Below, piece after piece: positions 1 through 9,550 of a stretch of 64,000 bases of DNA (the stretch's first letter is position 1; the number at the start of each line of letters is the position of its first letter). The notes under the pieces are model-generated. The model did not search any database. It worked only from the letters and a program-made list of their open reading frames with translations, and was not told where the DNA came from. The stretch spans positions 62,526 through 126,525 of the forward strand of contig CAWAIJ010000010.1 of assembly GCA_963782075.1 (NCBI GenBank), written 5' to 3'. This DNA is from an uncultured Actinomycetota bacterium (GTDB taxonomy: Bacteria > Actinomycetota > Actinomycetes > Propionibacteriales > Nocardioidaceae). Made by a program: the position numbers and the translations under genes.

Positions 1-1321
1 CCCCACCCGTCGGCGCCGGACCGGCAGTGACCTCGCCGGCGTGACGCTCGACGACCTGGGCGACGATCGAGAGGCCCAGACCTGAGCCGGGCATGGCCCG
101 CGACTCGTCCGAGCGCCAGAACCGGTCGAAGACGTGGGGCAGGTCGTCGGTCGCGATGCCCGGTCCCTCGTCGTCGACGACGAGGGCGCCGTCGCTGAGC
201 CGGATCGTGACCGTCCCGCCCTGCGGGCTCCACTTCGCGGCGTTGTCGAGCAGGTTGGTGACGGCGCGCTCGAGGGCGGCGGAGTCACCGGTGACCCACC
301 ACGGCTCGACGTCGAGCTCGAAGCTCACGCCGGGCGCGCGCCGGCGTACCCGGGTCAGGGCGCGGTCGGCCACGTCCGCGAGGTCGACCCGCTCCACGAC
401 CGTCGGCAGCGGTTCGTCGCGGGCGAGCTCGACCAGGTCGCCGATGAGGGTGGTGAGCTCGGCGATCTGGGCCCGGACGTCCTCGATCAGCTCGGACCGG
501 GCGTGCTCGGGCAGCTCGACGCCGGCCTGCGCCAGCAGGTCCAGGTTGGTGCGCAGCGACGTCAGCGGGGTCCGCAGCTCGTGGCCGGCGTCGGCGACGA
601 GCTGGCGTTGCCGGTCGCGGGAGGCCGCCAGCGCCGCGAGCATGTGGTTGAAGGCGGTCGCCAACCGGGCGATCTCGTCGTCTCCCTCGATCGGCAGCGG
701 CCGCAGGTCCTCGGTGCGGGCGATCTCCTCGACCTCGGAGGTCAGCCGCCGCACCGGCCGCAGCCCGTTGCGCGCCACCGCCCACCCGGCCACCCCCGCG
801 GCCACGACGCCGGCGATGCCGAAGAGCAGCATCACCAGGCCGAGCTTGGCGAGCGTCTCCTGCTGCGCGGACAGCGACTGGGCCAGCACCAGTGCCTGTC
901 CCGGGGTCTGCGCCGGGACCGCGACGACGCGGTAGCGGACCCCGTCGCCGTCGACCATGGTCCGGATGCTGCGGGTCAGCTCCCCGGCGGCCACGGCGTA
1001 CTCCGGCGGACCGAGCGACAGCTCGGAGTCGCGGTCGAAGGAGAAGTACCGCTCGTCGGAGGTGATGTAGAGGATGCGTACGTCGGCGGCGCCGAGCGCC
1101 CACGACGGGACCCGGGCATCGAGGGTGATGCCGGCCGCGACCTTCTCGGCGCGGCTGCCCAGCGACTCGTCGAGGGTCGACTGCATCTGCATCCGCGCGG
1201 TCATGAACGCCGCGAACGCGACGCAGGCCACGGCCACCCCGACCGCCATCGTGGTCAGCAGGATGACCCGGCTGGCCAGCGATCTGCGGTAGCGCCAACG
1301 GCGGTCGTCGACCGTCGACAT
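1..1321 (-). CDS. Sensor histidine kinase (TM-HAMP-HisKA-HATPase_c), MprB-like. The C-terminus runs off the window edge.
   Basis: Not in the ORF track because no stop lies in the window. I hand-translated the minus strand from the ATG at 1321..1319. It gives [31 protein letters not shown]..., an H-box ADAGHELRTPLTSL, an N-box LLDNAAKWSP, G1 DDEGPGI and G2 GSGLGLSIV. The start overlaps the stop of the upstream response regulator (TGATG). Confidence 0.85.
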   Translation of the reverse strand, partial: MSTVDDRRWRYRRSLASRVILLTTMAVGVAVACVAFAAFMTARMQMQSTLDESLGSRAEKVAAGITLDARVPSWALGAADVRILYITSDERYFSFDRDSELSLGPPEYAVAAGELTRSIRTMVDGDGVRYRVVAVPAQTPGQALVLAQSLSAQQETLAKLGLVMLLFGIAGVVAAGVAGWAVARNGLRPVRRLTSEVEEIARTEDLRPLPIEGDDEIARLATAFNHMLAALAASRDRQRQLVADAGHELRTPLTSLRTNLDLLAQAGVELPEHARSELIEDVRAQIAELTTLIGDLVELARDEPLPTVVERVDLADVADRALTRVRRRAPGVSFELDVEPWWVTGDSAALERAVTNLLDNAAKWSPQGGTVTIRLSDGALVVDDEGPGIATDDLPHVFDRFWRSDESRAMPGSGLGLSIVAQVVERHAGEVTAGPAPTGG

Positions 1322-2016
1322 CAGGCGTTCTTCAGCACATAGCCGACACCGCGCACGGTGTGGATCAGCCGCGGCTCCGACTCGGCCTCGGTCTTCCGGC
1401 GCAGGTAGCCGACGTAGACCTCGAGGGAGTTGGCGGTCGTGGGGAAGTCGTAGCCCCACACCTCCTCGAGGATGAACGAGCGCTCCAGGACCCGTCGCGG
1501 CCGGCGCAGGAACATCTCGAGCAGCGTGAACTCGGTGCGGGTCAGCTCGATCAGCCGCGTCCCCCGGCGTACCTCCCGCGTCGCGATGTCCATGGTCAGG
1601 TCGGCGAACTCGAGCACCTCGTCCGCATCGCCCTCGGGTACGACGCGGCGCAGCAACGCCCGCAGCCGGGCCAGCAGCTCGGCGAGCGCGAACGGCTTGG
1701 TGAGGTAGTCGTCGGCGCCCGCGTCGAGCCCCTCGACCCGGTCGCCCACGGCGTCACGCGCGGTCAGCACCAGGATCGGCAGGTCGTGCCCGGCGGTCCG
1801 CATCGCGCGGGTCGCCTCGAGCCCGTCGAGCCGCGGCATCATCACGTCCATGATCACCACGTCCGGCGCGGCGGCGCCGATCCCGGCCAGTGCCTCCGCC
1901 CCGTCGGAGGCGAGCGAGACGTCGTAGCCGTTGAACTCCAGCGACCGGCGCAGCGATTCACGCACCGCACGGTCGTCGTCCACGACCAGGACGCGGGGGC
2001 GTGCGGCAGCAGTCAC
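1321..2016 (-). CDS. OmpR-family response regulator (receiver plus winged-helix), MprA-like
   Basis: Receiver domain: [15 protein letters not shown]...[14 protein letters not shown]...LTARD...KPF. C-terminal trans_reg_C: [13 protein letters not shown]...VRGVGYVL. Coupled to the downstream histidine kinase. Confidence 0.93.
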   Translation of the reverse strand: MTAAARPRVLVVDDDRAVRESLRRSLEFNGYDVSLASDGAEALAGIGAAAPDVVIMDVMMPRLDGLEATRAMRTAGHDLPILVLTARDAVGDRVEGLDAGADDYLTKPFALAELLARLRALLRRVVPEGDADEVLEFADLTMDIATREVRRGTRLIELTRTEFTLLEMFLRRPRRVLERSFILEEVWGYDFPTTANSLEVYVGYLRRKTEAESEPRLIHTVRGVGYVLKNA

Positions 2017-2061
2017 GCCCCTACTGTGCCAAACGAGCCTGAGCCCGTACTGAGAGTCGGC

Positions 2062-2928
2062 TCAGCTGAAGGAGCGGGCGGTCTCGGCCGCGCGGGCGCC
2101 GTACCCGCCGCCGAAGTGGCAGGCGTGGACGAGCATCGGGAACAGCTGGTGCAGGCCGAGCCGGTCGCGCCAGCCGTCGGCGAGGGGAAACTCCTCCTCG
2201 TAGGCGTCCAGCACGCGGTGCAGGTGGGGGATCCCGAACAGGGAGAGCATGGCCAGGTCGACCTCGCGGTGTCCGCCGTACGCCGCCGGGTCGATCACCC
2301 GGCAGGTGCCGTCGAGACCCCAGAGCACGTTGCCGTTCCACAGGTCGCCGTGCAGCCGCGCCGGCGGCTCCTCGGGGATCAGGTCGCTCAGCCGGCGCAG
2401 CACGCCCTCGATCGCGGCTGCGTCCTCCTCGGTGGCGGCGCCGCGGTCGCGGGCCAGCTTGAGGTAGGGGAGGATCCGTCGGGTCGCGTAGAACTCCGGC
2501 CAGGTCGGCGCGGTGCGGTTGGGCATCGGCAGCCGGCCGATGAAGCCGTCGTGCTCGGCGCCGAAGATGTCCGCGCCGGCGCGGTGGGTGCGAGCCAGCG
2601 ACTGGCCCAGGGCGGTCGCGGCGTCGACGGTGTTCTTGCCGGGCTCGACCCACCGCAGCACCAGGCACTCGTGGTCGTGCGCCAGGACCTCGGGGACGGC
2701 GACACCGCCCTCGGCCCTGGCGTCACTCAGCCAGGTGAGGCCGCGGGCCTCCGCGTCGAAGAATCCCTCCGGGGCCTGGTGGTGGGTCTTGACGAGCGCG
2801 GTCGTGCCGTTGCTCAGCCGCACCCGGGTGGTCGTGGAGATCTCGCCACCGGCGACCGGCGCGGTCGCGATCACCGACGAGCCGAGGAGGTCCTCGACGC
2901 GCTTGGCGATCAGCGGCAGGCGGGTCAT
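2062..2928 (-). CDS. Fructosamine/ketosamine-3-kinase family protein
   Basis: 288 aa with HGDLWNGNVLW and the DPAAYGGHREVDLAM catalytic-loop signature of the fructosamine kinase / aminoglycoside-phosphotransferase-like fold. Confidence 0.85.
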   Translation of the reverse strand: MTRLPLIAKRVEDLLGSSVIATAPVAGGEISTTTRVRLSNGTTALVKTHHQAPEGFFDAEARGLTWLSDARAEGGVAVPEVLAHDHECLVLRWVEPGKNTVDAATALGQSLARTHRAGADIFGAEHDGFIGRLPMPNRTAPTWPEFYATRRILPYLKLARDRGAATEEDAAAIEGVLRRLSDLIPEEPPARLHGDLWNGNVLWGLDGTCRVIDPAAYGGHREVDLAMLSLFGIPHLHRVLDAYEEEFPLADGWRDRLGLHQLFPMLVHACHFGGGYGARAAETARSFS

Positions 2929-3419
2929 GAGCGGACGAGCTCACGTGAGAGCGCGGAAACCAGGGACGTGGCGGTGCGCTCGACCATGCCCAGCACCTCC
3001 TCGAATCCGGCTGCCCCACCGTAGTACGGGTCGGGCACCTCGCCACCCGGTTCGTCGGGATCGAACGCGCGGAACATCGCCACCCGCTCGCCCGGACCGC
3101 CGACGTCACGCAGGTTGGCCTCGTCCATCACCAGCACCAGGTCGTGCTCGTCGTGCCAGCTGGCGTCGAAGGTGCGGGCCCGGTGGCGGCTCGCGTCGTA
3201 CCCAGCGCCGGTCAGGGTCGCCGCGGCCCGTTCGTCCATCGGCTTGCCCTCGTGCCAGCCGCCGGTGCCGGAGCTCGACACGGTCACCACGTCGGTCAAC
3301 CCGGCTTCGGCCAGCCTCGCCTCGAGGACCACGTGCGCCATCGGCGAGCGGCAGATGTTGCCGAGGCAGACCAGGGCGATCCGGTAGTGCTCCGGGTCCC
3401 GCGGCGGGGGCAGCTCCAT
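2925..3419 (-). CDS. Low-molecular-weight protein-tyrosine phosphatase
   Basis: P-loop CLGNICRSP (CX5R-S/T), a DPYYG motif near the C-terminus and a size of about 164 aa. The start was moved to MELPPPRD (ATG at 3419), inside track ORF 2925..3578. It overlaps the upstream stop. Confidence 0.9.
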   Translation of the reverse strand: MELPPPRDPEHYRIALVCLGNICRSPMAHVVLEARLAEAGLTDVVTVSSSGTGGWHEGKPMDERAAATLTGAGYDASRHRARTFDASWHDEHDLVLVMDEANLRDVGGPGERVAMFRAFDPDEPGGEVPDPYYGGAAGFEEVLGMVERTATSLVSALSRELVRS

Positions 3420-3796
3420 CAGTCGTCGTCCACGACGGTCGAGACCGCCCAGTTGACCACGGTGATGACCAGTGCGCCGAGCAGCGCCTGCCAGAAGAAG
3501 TCGCCGACCCGGAAGCCGAGGTCGAGCTGTTTGGCGAGCCAGGCGGTCAGCTCCAGCATCAGGGCGTTGATCACCCACAGGAACAGGCCGAGGGTCAAGA
3601 TGATGAAGGGGAGCGACAGCAGCTTGATGACCGGCTTCACGAAGCTGGACACCAGTCCGAGGATCACGCCGACGGCCAGCAGCGTCGGCCAGTACTCCGC
3701 CAGCCCGCCGCGCTCGGTGAACCTGATTCCCGGGACGAGCCAGGCCGCGACACCGACGGCGAGGGTGTTGGTCGCCAGCCAGATCAGAAGCCTCAT
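3419..3796 (-). CDS. Small 4-TM membrane protein (YvlD / phage holin family IV-like)
   Basis: 125 aa and highly hydrophobic (MRLLIWLATNTLAVGVAAWLVPGI...). This protein is usually co-operonic with a LMW-PTP in actinobacteria. There is no phage context here. Confidence 0.6.
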   Translation of the reverse strand: MRLLIWLATNTLAVGVAAWLVPGIRFTERGGLAEYWPTLLAVGVILGLVSSFVKPVIKLLSLPFIILTLGLFLWVINALMLELTAWLAKQLDLGFRVGDFFWQALLGALVITVVNWAVSTVVDDD

Positions 3797-3880
3797 GACC
3801 TCACCCTAGTGACCGGCCCACAAGGGTCGAGTCAACCGGTTAGCCTCGCCGACGTGGACTGGATCGGTGGGACGGAGAGC

Positions 3881-4402
3881 ATGGTGGCCGGGGCGGCAGC
3901 CAGCGCCGTGCTGTGCGCCCTGCTCGCGACCACGCTGCGCCGCTGGCTGGGATGGTTCGGCGCGATCACGTGGACCGGCCTGCTCTGGTGGTTGAGCGTG
4001 ATCGGCCTGGTCACCCTCGTGCCGCTGGCCGGCATCGACCTGACCGTCCCGGCGGAGGCCAGGTCGAGCACCTGCTCGATGGACTACGGCGGCCCGGCTC
4101 CGGACGGGTTCTGGATCTTCTCCGGCGGCCAACGGCTGCTCAACACGGCGCTGTTCGTCCCGGCCGGCACGTTGCTGGTCCTCGCCGCGGCCCGGTGGCG
4201 GATCGGCTGGGTGCTGGCGCCGTGGGGACTGCTGCTGCTCGGCGGCTACTCGGTGGCGATCGAGCTGGTCCAGCTGGAGGTGGCGCGGATCGACCGGGCC
4301 TGCGACATCACCGACGTGGTCGACAACGTGACCGGCGCGGCGATCGGGTTCGCGGCCGGACTGGTGCTGGCCCCGCTGCTGCGGCCGTGGCGTCGACGCT
4401 AG
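3881..4402 (+). CDS. VanZ-family membrane protein
   Basis: Only the C-terminal 173 codons of track ORF 2513..4402 look coding. They show four hydrophobic segments and the ...[34 protein letters not shown]... VanZ-like signature. The upstream part of the ORF is Arg/Pro shadow sequence. Confidence 0.7.
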   Translation: MVAGAAASAVLCALLATTLRRWLGWFGAITWTGLLWWLSVIGLVTLVPLAGIDLTVPAEARSSTCSMDYGGPAPDGFWIFSGGQRLLNTALFVPAGTLLVLAAARWRIGWVLAPWGLLLLGGYSVAIELVQLEVARIDRACDITDVVDNVTGAAIGFAAGLVLAPLLRPWRRR

Positions 4403-4412
4403 ATTCGCGGTC

Positions 4413-5483
4413 ATGACGTCCCCACAGCCGCGCCCCAACGTCGCCGACATCCCGACGTACGTCGCGGGGAAGCCCCCCGCCCCGCGGGACGGGATGACGC
4501 TCTACAAGCTGTCGTCCAACGAGAACCCCTACCCGCCGCTGCCGGGGGTGCTCGAGGCGGCCACCGCCGCGGCGGCGCGGATGAACCGCTACCCCGACAT
4601 GGGCAGCGCCGAGCTCTACGCCGCCTTGTCGGCCCGGCTCGGGGTCCCCGGCGAGCAGCTCACGGTCGCGACCGGGTCGGTGGCGCTGATCTACCAGCTG
4701 GTGCAGGCGTTCTGCGACCCCGGAGACGAGGTCGTCTACGCGTGGCGCTCCTTCGAGGCCTACCCGATCGCGGTGACCGCAGCGGGCGCGACGTCGGTGC
4801 GGGTGCCGGTCATGACTGACGGCCGTCACGACCTCGACGCGATGGCGGCGGCGGTCACCGAGCGCACCAAGGTCGTGCTGGTCTGCACGCCCAACAACCC
4901 GACCGGCCCGGCGGTGACCCAGGCAGAGCTCGACGCCTTCCTGGCGAAGGTGCCCTCCCACGTGCTGGTCGTCGTCGACGAGGCGTACGTCGAGTTCGTG
5001 CGGATGGCCGACCCGGTCGACGGGATCGCGACCTACCGGGCCCACGACAACGTGCTGCTGACCAGGACCTTCTCCAAGGCCTACGGGCTCGCCGGCCTCC
5101 GCGTCGGCTACGCCGTCGGACCCGAGCCGATCGCCGGGGCGCTGCGCGCGGTGTCACTCCCGTTCGGCATCTCCAGCGTCGCCCAGGCGGCGGCGGTGGC
5201 GTCGCTGGACGCAGAGGACGCCCTGTTCGAGCGGGTCGCGTCGCTGGTCGAGGAGCGCGCCCGCCTCGTGCAGGGCCTGCACGACGTCGGCTGGGACGTG
5301 CCGACGCCGCAGGGCAACTTCGTCTGGTTCGACCTGGGTGACCGCACCGCCGCGTTCGCGGCCGCCGCCGACGACCTCGGCATCGTGGTCCGGCCGTTCG
5401 CCGGCGAGGGGGCACGGGTCTCCATCGGCGAGACCGAGGCCAACGACCGGGTGGTCGAGCTGGCGCGCTCCTTCGCGCGCTGA
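4413..5483 (+). CDS. Class-II PLP aminotransferase (histidinol-phosphate / aromatic aminotransferase, HisC/Pat-like)
   Basis: [10 protein letters not shown] near the N-terminus, the PLP-lysine motif [15 protein letters not shown] and a length of 356 aa. Confidence 0.85.
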   Translation: MTSPQPRPNVADIPTYVAGKPPAPRDGMTLYKLSSNENPYPPLPGVLEAATAAAARMNRYPDMGSAELYAALSARLGVPGEQLTVATGSVALIYQLVQAFCDPGDEVVYAWRSFEAYPIAVTAAGATSVRVPVMTDGRHDLDAMAAAVTERTKVVLVCTPNNPTGPAVTQAELDAFLAKVPSHVLVVVDEAYVEFVRMADPVDGIATYRAHDNVLLTRTFSKAYGLAGLRVGYAVGPEPIAGALRAVSLPFGISSVAQAAAVASLDAEDALFERVASLVEERARLVQGLHDVGWDVPTPQGNFVWFDLGDRTAAFAAAADDLGIVVRPFAGEGARVSIGETEANDRVVELARSFAR

Positions 5484-5505
5484 GGCTCTTGTTGACCGTG
5501 CCACC

Positions 5506-6429
5506 ATGGCAGGCATGCCGTACGTCGAATCGGGCGACTTCAACCGCGACATGTCCTACATCCCTGACCGGATCACGCGTGACGCGCGTGACGGCTGGCC
5601 GATCGAGCCCGGGCGCTACCGCCTGGTCGCGGCGAAGGCCTGCCCGTGGGCGACCCGGTCGATCATCGTCCGGGAGCTGCTCGGCCTCGAGGACGTGATC
5701 AGTCTCGGGGAGCCCGGTCCGACCCACGACGAGGACAGCTGGACCTTCGACCTCGACGAGGACGGCGTCGACCCGGAGCTCGGGATCCCACGGCTCAAGG
5801 ACGCCTTCGAGGCTCGCTACCCGGACTACCCCCGCGGCATCACCGTGCCCGCGTTGGTCGACCTCCCGACCGGCAAGGTGGTCACCAACGACTTCCGCCA
5901 GATCACCCACGACTTCTTCTTCGAGTGGGTCGACCACCACCGACCCGATGCTCCCGACCTGTGGCCCGAGGACCTCCGCGACGAGATGGACGACGTCATG
6001 GCGCGGATCTTCACCGAGGTCAACAACGGCGTCTACCGCTGCGGCTTCGCCGGCAGCCAGGAGGCGTACGACGCCGCCTACGACCGGCTGTGGACGGCGA
6101 TGGACTGGCTCGAGGGGCGCCTCGCTGACCGCCGCTACCTGATGGGTGACGCCATCACCGAGGCCGACGTGCGGCTGTTCACGACGCTGGTGCGCTTCGA
6201 TGCCGTCTACCACGGCCACTTCAAGTGCAACCGGAACAAGCTGACCGAGCTACCGCACCTGTGGGGCTACTCCCGCGACCTCTTCCAGACCCCCGGCTTC
6301 GGTGACAACACCGACTTCGACCAGATCAAGGCGCACTACTACGTCGTCCACAACGACATCAATCCCACGGGAGTGGTGCCGAAGGGCCCCGACCCCGACG
6401 TCTGGCTCACCCCTCACGACCGAGGCTGA
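5506..6429 (+). CDS. Glutathionyl-hydroquinone reductase (Xi-class GST, YqjG-like)
   Basis: CPWATR active-site motif (Xi-class CPWA), GRYRLVAAKACPWATRSII, and a C-terminal GST helix domain. The start was moved to MAGMPYV (ATG at 5506), inside track ORF 5338..6429. Confidence 0.85.
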   Translation: MAGMPYVESGDFNRDMSYIPDRITRDARDGWPIEPGRYRLVAAKACPWATRSIIVRELLGLEDVISLGEPGPTHDEDSWTFDLDEDGVDPELGIPRLKDAFEARYPDYPRGITVPALVDLPTGKVVTNDFRQITHDFFFEWVDHHRPDAPDLWPEDLRDEMDDVMARIFTEVNNGVYRCGFAGSQEAYDAAYDRLWTAMDWLEGRLADRRYLMGDAITEADVRLFTTLVRFDAVYHGHFKCNRNKLTELPHLWGYSRDLFQTPGFGDNTDFDQIKAHYYVVHNDINPTGVVPKGPDPDVWLTPHDRG

Positions 6430-6432
6430 ACC

Positions 6433-7329
6433 TCACCAGGACAGCTCGGTGCAGTGACGCGCCTCGGTCTCGACCTGGAGTGTCGCGTGCTCGACGCCGA
6501 ACTCCTGTCGGAGGGTGGCGGCCGCAGAGGTCAGGACGACGTCGGTGTCGCCGGAGGTGACGAGGTGGGCGGTGGCGACGTGCATGCCGGAGGTCAGGGT
6601 CCACAGGTGCAGGTCGTGGACGGTGTCGACCCCGGGTACGGCGCACAGCGCCGACTCGACCGCGGCCGGATCCATGCCGGCCGGCGCGTGCTGGCCCAGC
6701 ACGGCCAGCACCTCGCGACCCAGCACCAGCGCCCGCACCGCCACGAACACGGCGATCGCCGAGGCGACCAGGGTGTCCCACCACGCGTCGCCGGTGCGCG
6801 CGACGAGCACGCCCGCCACGATCACCCCTACCGAGCCGACGGTGTCGGCGATGACCTCGAAGTAGGCGCCGCGCACGTTCAGGCTCTCGGCGGCACCTCC
6901 CCGCAGCAGCATCAACGCCACCAGGTTGACCAGCAGCCCGAGCCCGCCGACCACCAGCATCGGGCCGGACGCCACGGAGGTCGACGAGCCGATCCGGCCG
7001 ACCGCCTCGATGCCGACGTACGTCGCGGCGCCGAGCATCAGCAGCACGGTCAACCCGGAGGCGAACACCTCGGCCCGGTAGGAACCGAAGGTCCGCCGGC
7101 CGGTGGTGTCCGCGCGGGTGGCGATCCTGGTCGCCGCCAGCGCCGCCCCGAGGGCGACCACGTCCGCGGCCATGTGGCCGGCGTCGGAGAGCAGGGCGAG
7201 CGAGTCGGCCACCAGGCCGACGACCAGCTCGACCACGAAGAACGAACCGACCAGGGCGAACGCCACCGCCAGCCGCCACCGGTGACGGCCCCCGGCGTGT
7301 CCGTGGGTGTGGCCAGGTCCGGCGCCCAT
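6433..7329 (-). CDS. Cation diffusion facilitator (CzcD/ZitB-type) metal efflux transporter
   Basis: His-rich N-terminus MGAGPGHTHGHAGGRH, six TM segments and the SDAGHMAADV / DTLVAS metal-site motifs. A C-terminal cytoplasmic domain is present. The start was moved to 7329, just after the ArsR stop. Confidence 0.88.
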   Translation of the reverse strand: MGAGPGHTHGHAGGRHRWRLAVAFALVGSFFVVELVVGLVADSLALLSDAGHMAADVVALGAALAATRIATRADTTGRRTFGSYRAEVFASGLTVLLMLGAATYVGIEAVGRIGSSTSVASGPMLVVGGLGLLVNLVALMLLRGGAAESLNVRGAYFEVIADTVGSVGVIVAGVLVARTGDAWWDTLVASAIAVFVAVRALVLGREVLAVLGQHAPAGMDPAAVESALCAVPGVDTVHDLHLWTLTSGMHVATAHLVTSGDTDVVLTSAAATLRQEFGVEHATLQVETEARHCTELSW

Positions 7330-7330
7330 G

Positions 7331-7699
7331 TCAGTGCGCCCCGTCGTGACGGGTCGCGAGGCCGCCGGTGGCGTCGAGCAACCGCTCGGCCTCGTCGAGG
7401 AGGGCCCGGATCCGGGTGGGGTCGGTGAGCGAGTAGTGGGAGGAGCGACCGACCGCCCGGTGGGTGACCAGGCCGCAGTCACGCAGGCACGCGAGGTGCT
7501 GGGAGACCGTCGACTGCGCCAGGCCGAGGTGGGCGACGAGGTCGACGACGCGGTGCTCGCCCAGGAAGAGGTGCTCGAGGATGGCCAGCCGCGACGGCTC
7601 GGCGAGCGCGTGGAAGAGCGCGATCGTGCCGCGGGGGTCCGGACCGGTCGAGTCTTCGGCGCGCGCCGCTATCATCGTCATACGGCGATGATAGCGCAT
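7331..7699 (-). CDS. ArsR/SmtB-family metalloregulator
   Basis: HALAEPSRLAILEHL...VVDLVAHLGLAQSTVSQHLACLRDCGLV winged-HTH, sitting directly upstream of the CDF gene. Internal starts at 7681 or 7675 are equally possible. Confidence 0.88.
   Translation of the reverse strand: MRYHRRMTMIAARAEDSTGPDPRGTIALFHALAEPSRLAILEHLFLGEHRVVDLVAHLGLAQSTVSQHLACLRDCGLVTHRAVGRSSHYSLTDPTRIRALLDEAERLLDATGGLATRHDGAH
7669..7694. promoter_or_regulatory. Inverted repeat CTATCATCG-N8-CGATGATAG, candidate ArsR/SmtB operator
   Basis: Perfect 9-bp arms read directly in the sequence. The repeat sits on the 5' end of the ArsR gene and 14 bp upstream of the divergent ORF at 7708. Confidence 0.5.
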
Positions 7700-7707
7700 C
7701 GGGCACG

Positions 7708-8238
7708 ATGGACGCCATGAGCCCGACCTGCTTCGACGCCCTCGACCGCCACGTCATCAGCGGCCACGCCGACCGGGTCGCACTCCGCTCGGTCGGCCGC
7801 GAGTGGACCTACGCACAGCTGCTGGAGGAGGTCGCCGCGTTCGGTGGGGTGCTGCGCCACTGCGGCGTCACCGAACGGGACCGGGTCGCCGTGGCCCTGG
7901 CGCCGTCGGTCGAAGCGGTCGTCGCAGTCCTCGCCTGTGCACGGATCGGCGCCACTCATGCTCTCGAGGCCGGCACCGGCGCGGTCCTGGTGACGGCCAG
8001 CAGCGAGCCGGCGGCGCTCGCGGGAGCAGACGCCGAGGTCGTCCTGGTCAAGCAGGTGCCCGGGCAGCAGGCGGAGCTGACCCAGGATCACCACTACGAC
8101 TGGGACGTCGTGATGCGCGCGGGGCGCACCGACCCGGCCGGCTGCGTCGAGGGCGCCACCGTCACGCCGTACGACGAGCAGACCCGCGCCTGGCTCGAGC
8201 CGCTGCTCGCGGGCGGAACCCTCGACCTCACGACCTGA
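7708..8238 (+). CDS. Short acetyl/acyl-CoA synthetase N-terminal-domain-like protein with no AMP-binding P-loop. May be a gene remnant.
   Basis: CFDALDRHV...DRVAL...WTYAQLLEEV...LACARIGATH matches the N-terminal region of Acs-type adenylate-forming enzymes. The ORF ends after 176 aa without a T/S-S-G-T/S-T-G-x-P-K motif. Confidence 0.45.
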   Translation: MDAMSPTCFDALDRHVISGHADRVALRSVGREWTYAQLLEEVAAFGGVLRHCGVTERDRVAVALAPSVEAVVAVLACARIGATHALEAGTGAVLVTASSEPAALAGADAEVVLVKQVPGQQAELTQDHHYDWDVVMRAGRTDPAGCVEGATVTPYDEQTRAWLEPLLAGGTLDLTT

Positions 8239-8294
8239 CCGGCGGCTGCGGGTCCCGGCCGGTTGGCGGGCCGGCCACCTGCGCCGGTACGTTT

Positions 8295-8315
8295 GGGGAC
8301 ACATGTTGTGTCCCC
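8295..8315 (+). repeat. Hairpin / palindrome GGGGACACA-TGT-TGTGTCCCC
   Basis: Perfect 9-bp stem with a 3-nt loop, 57 bp after the stop at 8238 and 75 bp before the E1alpha start. No T-tract follows it. Confidence 0.4.
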
Positions 8316-8389
8316 CGTCACAAGCGGGAAGCACGACCGCCCCGCACGGCCACCGTGGAGACCCCACGACGCCGGATACCTGAAAAGGA

Positions 8390-9550
8390 GTGCAGGTGAC
8401 CCACGCAGGATTCGGCCCCGACCTGGCAGAGGTCTTCGGACCTTCCCAGCAAGCCGGTGGTCCCCAGCTCGTCCAGCTGCTGACGCCCGAGGGTGAGCGC
8501 GTTCACCACCCGGAGTTCGACCGTGACTTCTCCGCCGAGGAGCTGCGCGGTTTCTACCGCGACATGGTGCTGACCCGGCGGATCGACACCGAGGCCACCG
8601 CCCTCCAGCGCCACGGCGAGCTCGGCATCTGGGCCCAACTGCTCGGCCAGGAGGCGGCCCAGATCGGCGCCGGCCGCGCCCTGCGCCACCAGGACTTCGT
8701 CTTCCCGACCTACCGCGAGCACGGCGTCGCCTACTGCAAGGGGATCGACCCGCTGAAGCTGCTCGGCCTGTTCCGCGGGGTCGACCACGGCGGGTGGGAC
8801 CCGTTCGAGAACAACTTCGGCCTCTACACGATCGTGATCGGCGCCCAGGCGCTGCACGCGACCGGCTACGCGATGGGTGTCCAGCGCGACGGCGCGGTCG
8901 GCACCGGCGACCCCGACCGGGACACGGCCGTCATCGCCCACTTCGGCGACGGCGCCTCCAGCCAGGGTGACGTCAACGAGGCCTTCATCTTCGCCGCCTC
9001 CTACAACGCCCCGGTGGTGTTCTTCTGCCAGAACAACCAGTGGGCGATCTCGGAGCCGATCGAGCGCCAGTCGAAGATCCCGCTCTACCAGCGCGCGCTG
9101 GGCTTCGGCTTCCCCGGCGTCCGCGTCGACGGCAACGACGTCCTCGCGACGTACGCCGTCACCCAGGCCGCCCTGCAGCGGGCCCGCGACGGCCAGGGCC
9201 CGACCCTGGTCGAGGCCTACACCTACCGGATGGGCGCCCACACCACGACCGACGACCCGACCCGCTACCGGCTCAGCGACGACGTCGAGAGCTGGAAGCT
9301 CAAGGACCCGATCGCCCGGGTGGAGGTCTACCTGCGCCGCAACGGCCTGGTCGACGACGCCTTCATCAACGACCTCAAGACCGAGGCCGACGAGCTCGGC
9401 CACCACCTGCGCGAGGGCTGCAAGGCGCTGCCCGACCCGAAGCCGATGGACATGTTCGACTACGTCTACGCCGAGGAGACCGAGGAGCTGCGGGTGCAGC
9501 GTGAGGGCTTCGCCGACTACCTCGAGACGTTCGAGGGGGCGCGCTCATGA
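8390..9550 (+). CDS. 2-oxoacid (branched-chain keto acid / pyruvate) dehydrogenase E1 alpha subunit
   Basis: ThDP-binding motif GDGASSQGDVNEAFIFAASYNAPVVFFCQNNQWAIS and a YRMGAHTTTDDP motif. The GGAG RBS at 8387..8390 favours the second GTG at 8396 as the true start. Confidence 0.92.
   Translation: MQVTHAGFGPDLAEVFGPSQQAGGPQLVQLLTPEGERVHHPEFDRDFSAEELRGFYRDMVLTRRIDTEATALQRHGELGIWAQLLGQEAAQIGAGRALRHQDFVFPTYREHGVAYCKGIDPLKLLGLFRGVDHGGWDPFENNFGLYTIVIGAQALHATGYAMGVQRDGAVGTGDPDRDTAVIAHFGDGASSQGDVNEAFIFAASYNAPVVFFCQNNQWAISEPIERQSKIPLYQRALGFGFPGVRVDGNDVLATYAVTQAALQRARDGQGPTLVEAYTYRMGAHTTTDDPTRYRLSDDVESWKLKDPIARVEVYLRRNGLVDDAFINDLKTEADELGHHLREGCKALPDPKPMDMFDYVYAEETEELRVQREGFADYLETFEGARS

Noticed and set aside
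134-1342. Long plus-strand ORFs (93..935, 134..1342) and the minus-strand ORF 285..1298 at the left edge
   Set aside because: Their translations are Arg/Gly/Pro/Ala-rich with no motifs. They are alternative frames of the real histidine-kinase gene, which I recovered by hand-translating the minus strand from 1321. It shows H, N, G1 and G2 boxes. This is typical of shadow ORFs in GC-rich DNA.
3419-3796. 'Phage holin family' membrane protein as a prophage marker
   Set aside because: There are no phage structural, integrase or lysis genes nearby. The gene is operonic with a LMW-PTP and a fructosamine kinase, an arrangement I recall as common in actinobacterial chromosomes (from memory, not checked).
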